This document shows, in pieces, positions 63,458 to 64,000 of a stretch of 64,000 nucleotides of DNA; within the stretch, counting starts at the first letter, position 1, and each line of letters opens with the position of its first letter. The notes beneath the pieces are model-generated. The model ran no database searches. It was not told where the DNA came from and was given only the letters and a program-made list of their open reading frames with translations. Origin of the DNA: Acidobacteriaceae bacterium (GTDB lineage Bacteria; Acidobacteriota; Terriglobia; Terriglobales; Acidobacteriaceae); NCBI GenBank assembly GCA_965218545.1, contig CBDCLB010000002.1, positions 776,622 to 840,621 on the forward strand, read 5' to 3'. A program made the position numbers and the translations under genes.

Positions 63458-63578
63458 AGGCGAAGCATAGCAGCGTCCAGTTCCGCACCCGGATGAAGGA
63501 GGTGTGAACGCGCGTCATTGGGGCTGACTACGGTCCGTGCTGCTTTACCTTCGCCTTGTATTCTCCTAAAATAGCGCG

Positions 63579-64000
63579 GTGAGTCTCCCCCAACACCTGC
63601 CAAATTGCACCGCATCGGCGCTCCACCGCGACCTAAACGCACGCGCAGCTTTCTTCGCCCAAAAACACGCGCTGCTTCACGAATTCATCTACGGCAGTAG
63701 CCCAAGCGTCATCTTCGGCGAGGACGCGCAAAGGAGGCACGGCAACTTCCATCCACGGAGTTACCGCGCCATCCTTCGCAACCCGGCCTGGAGCGCCCGG
63801 CTTGCAAAGGCCCATACCGCGCACCGGCGCGCCCGCCCCCGCGCCGACTGGCCCTGGCGCGAGCTGGACTGTGCTGCGAGCTCCGACGCCCTCTTGATGA
63901 ATATCTTCTGCTACCCCGGCCTACTTAACTCTGCCCGGCTCACGGCGTGCCTCGGTGTTTCCTCAAGCAGCATTCCCCAGTTCGGCGTCCATCCCCGCCT
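63579..64000 (+). CDS. hypothetical protein, 3' end outside window
   Basis: The frame is open from GTG 63579 to the window edge (not in the track because it has no stop). Translation: VSLPQHLPNCTASALHRDLNARAAFFAQKHALLHEFIYGSSPSVIFGEDAQRRHGNFHPRSYRAILRNPAWSARLAKAHT...ELDCAASSDALLMNIFCYP. Third-position G+C is high. Confidence 0.4.
   Translation, partial: MSLPQHLPNCTASALHRDLNARAAFFAQKHALLHEFIYGSSPSVIFGEDAQRRHGNFHPRSYRAILRNPAWSARLAKAHTAHRRARPRADWPWRELDCAASSDALLMNIFCYPGLLNSARLTACLGVSSSSIPQFGVHPR

Overview
High-G+C bacterial chromosomal segment. Gene content suggests a soil Acidobacteriota (Terriglobia-like) organism; that is inference only. I recognised no rRNA, tRNA, CRISPR array, transposase, integrase or phage genes. 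About 50 protein-coding genes fall into blocks. (i) 1-6.3 kb: a tightly packed operon resembling the lipid-linked D-arabinofuranose donor pathway of mycobacteria (HAD-UbiA fusion, DprE1-like oxidase, DprE2-like reductase, SixA-type phosphatase, ArnT/PMT-type GT-C transferase). (ii) 6.9-13.9 kb: an HspR-type heat-shock locus (dnaK; then low-GC ORFan, nei-like glycosylase, dnaJ, hspR, HpnI-like glycosyltransferase). It has two HAIR-like operators, and no grpE was recognised. (iii) 14-34 kb: mixed envelope and housekeeping genes (DHA2 MFS pump, FAD oxidoreductase, glutaredoxin-like protein, PBP1A, S41 protease, TlpA, OprB-type porin, radical SAM protein, 5-formyl-THF cyclo-ligase, beta-propeller/phosphoesterase fusion, isoaspartyl peptidase, amidohydrolase). 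(iv) 34.5-46.9 kb: a Wzy-type exopolysaccharide locus (2 GT2, Wza, Wzc, GT4, priming transferase, Wzy-like polymerase, secreted clan GH-A-like hydrolase, orphan receiver). A 12-nt in-frame tandem repeat sits in the 5' end of wza. (v) 46.9-57.7 kb: a glycoside-hydrolase island (GH39, GH36, cutC, GH20, GH92, GH125). (vi) 57.7-60.1 kb: a translationally coupled DUF1501-like/unknown gene pair. (vii) gnd and rpiA. Non-coding highlights are a ~36-nt GC-rich repeat family that starts at or just after TAA stop codons, with an inverted pair between dnaJ and hspR; a perfect 12-bp LacI-type palindrome upstream of GH92; and several clean hairpins. The many long antisense ORFs in the track are high-GC shadow frames. 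All calls rest on motif recognition by eye; no searches were run.
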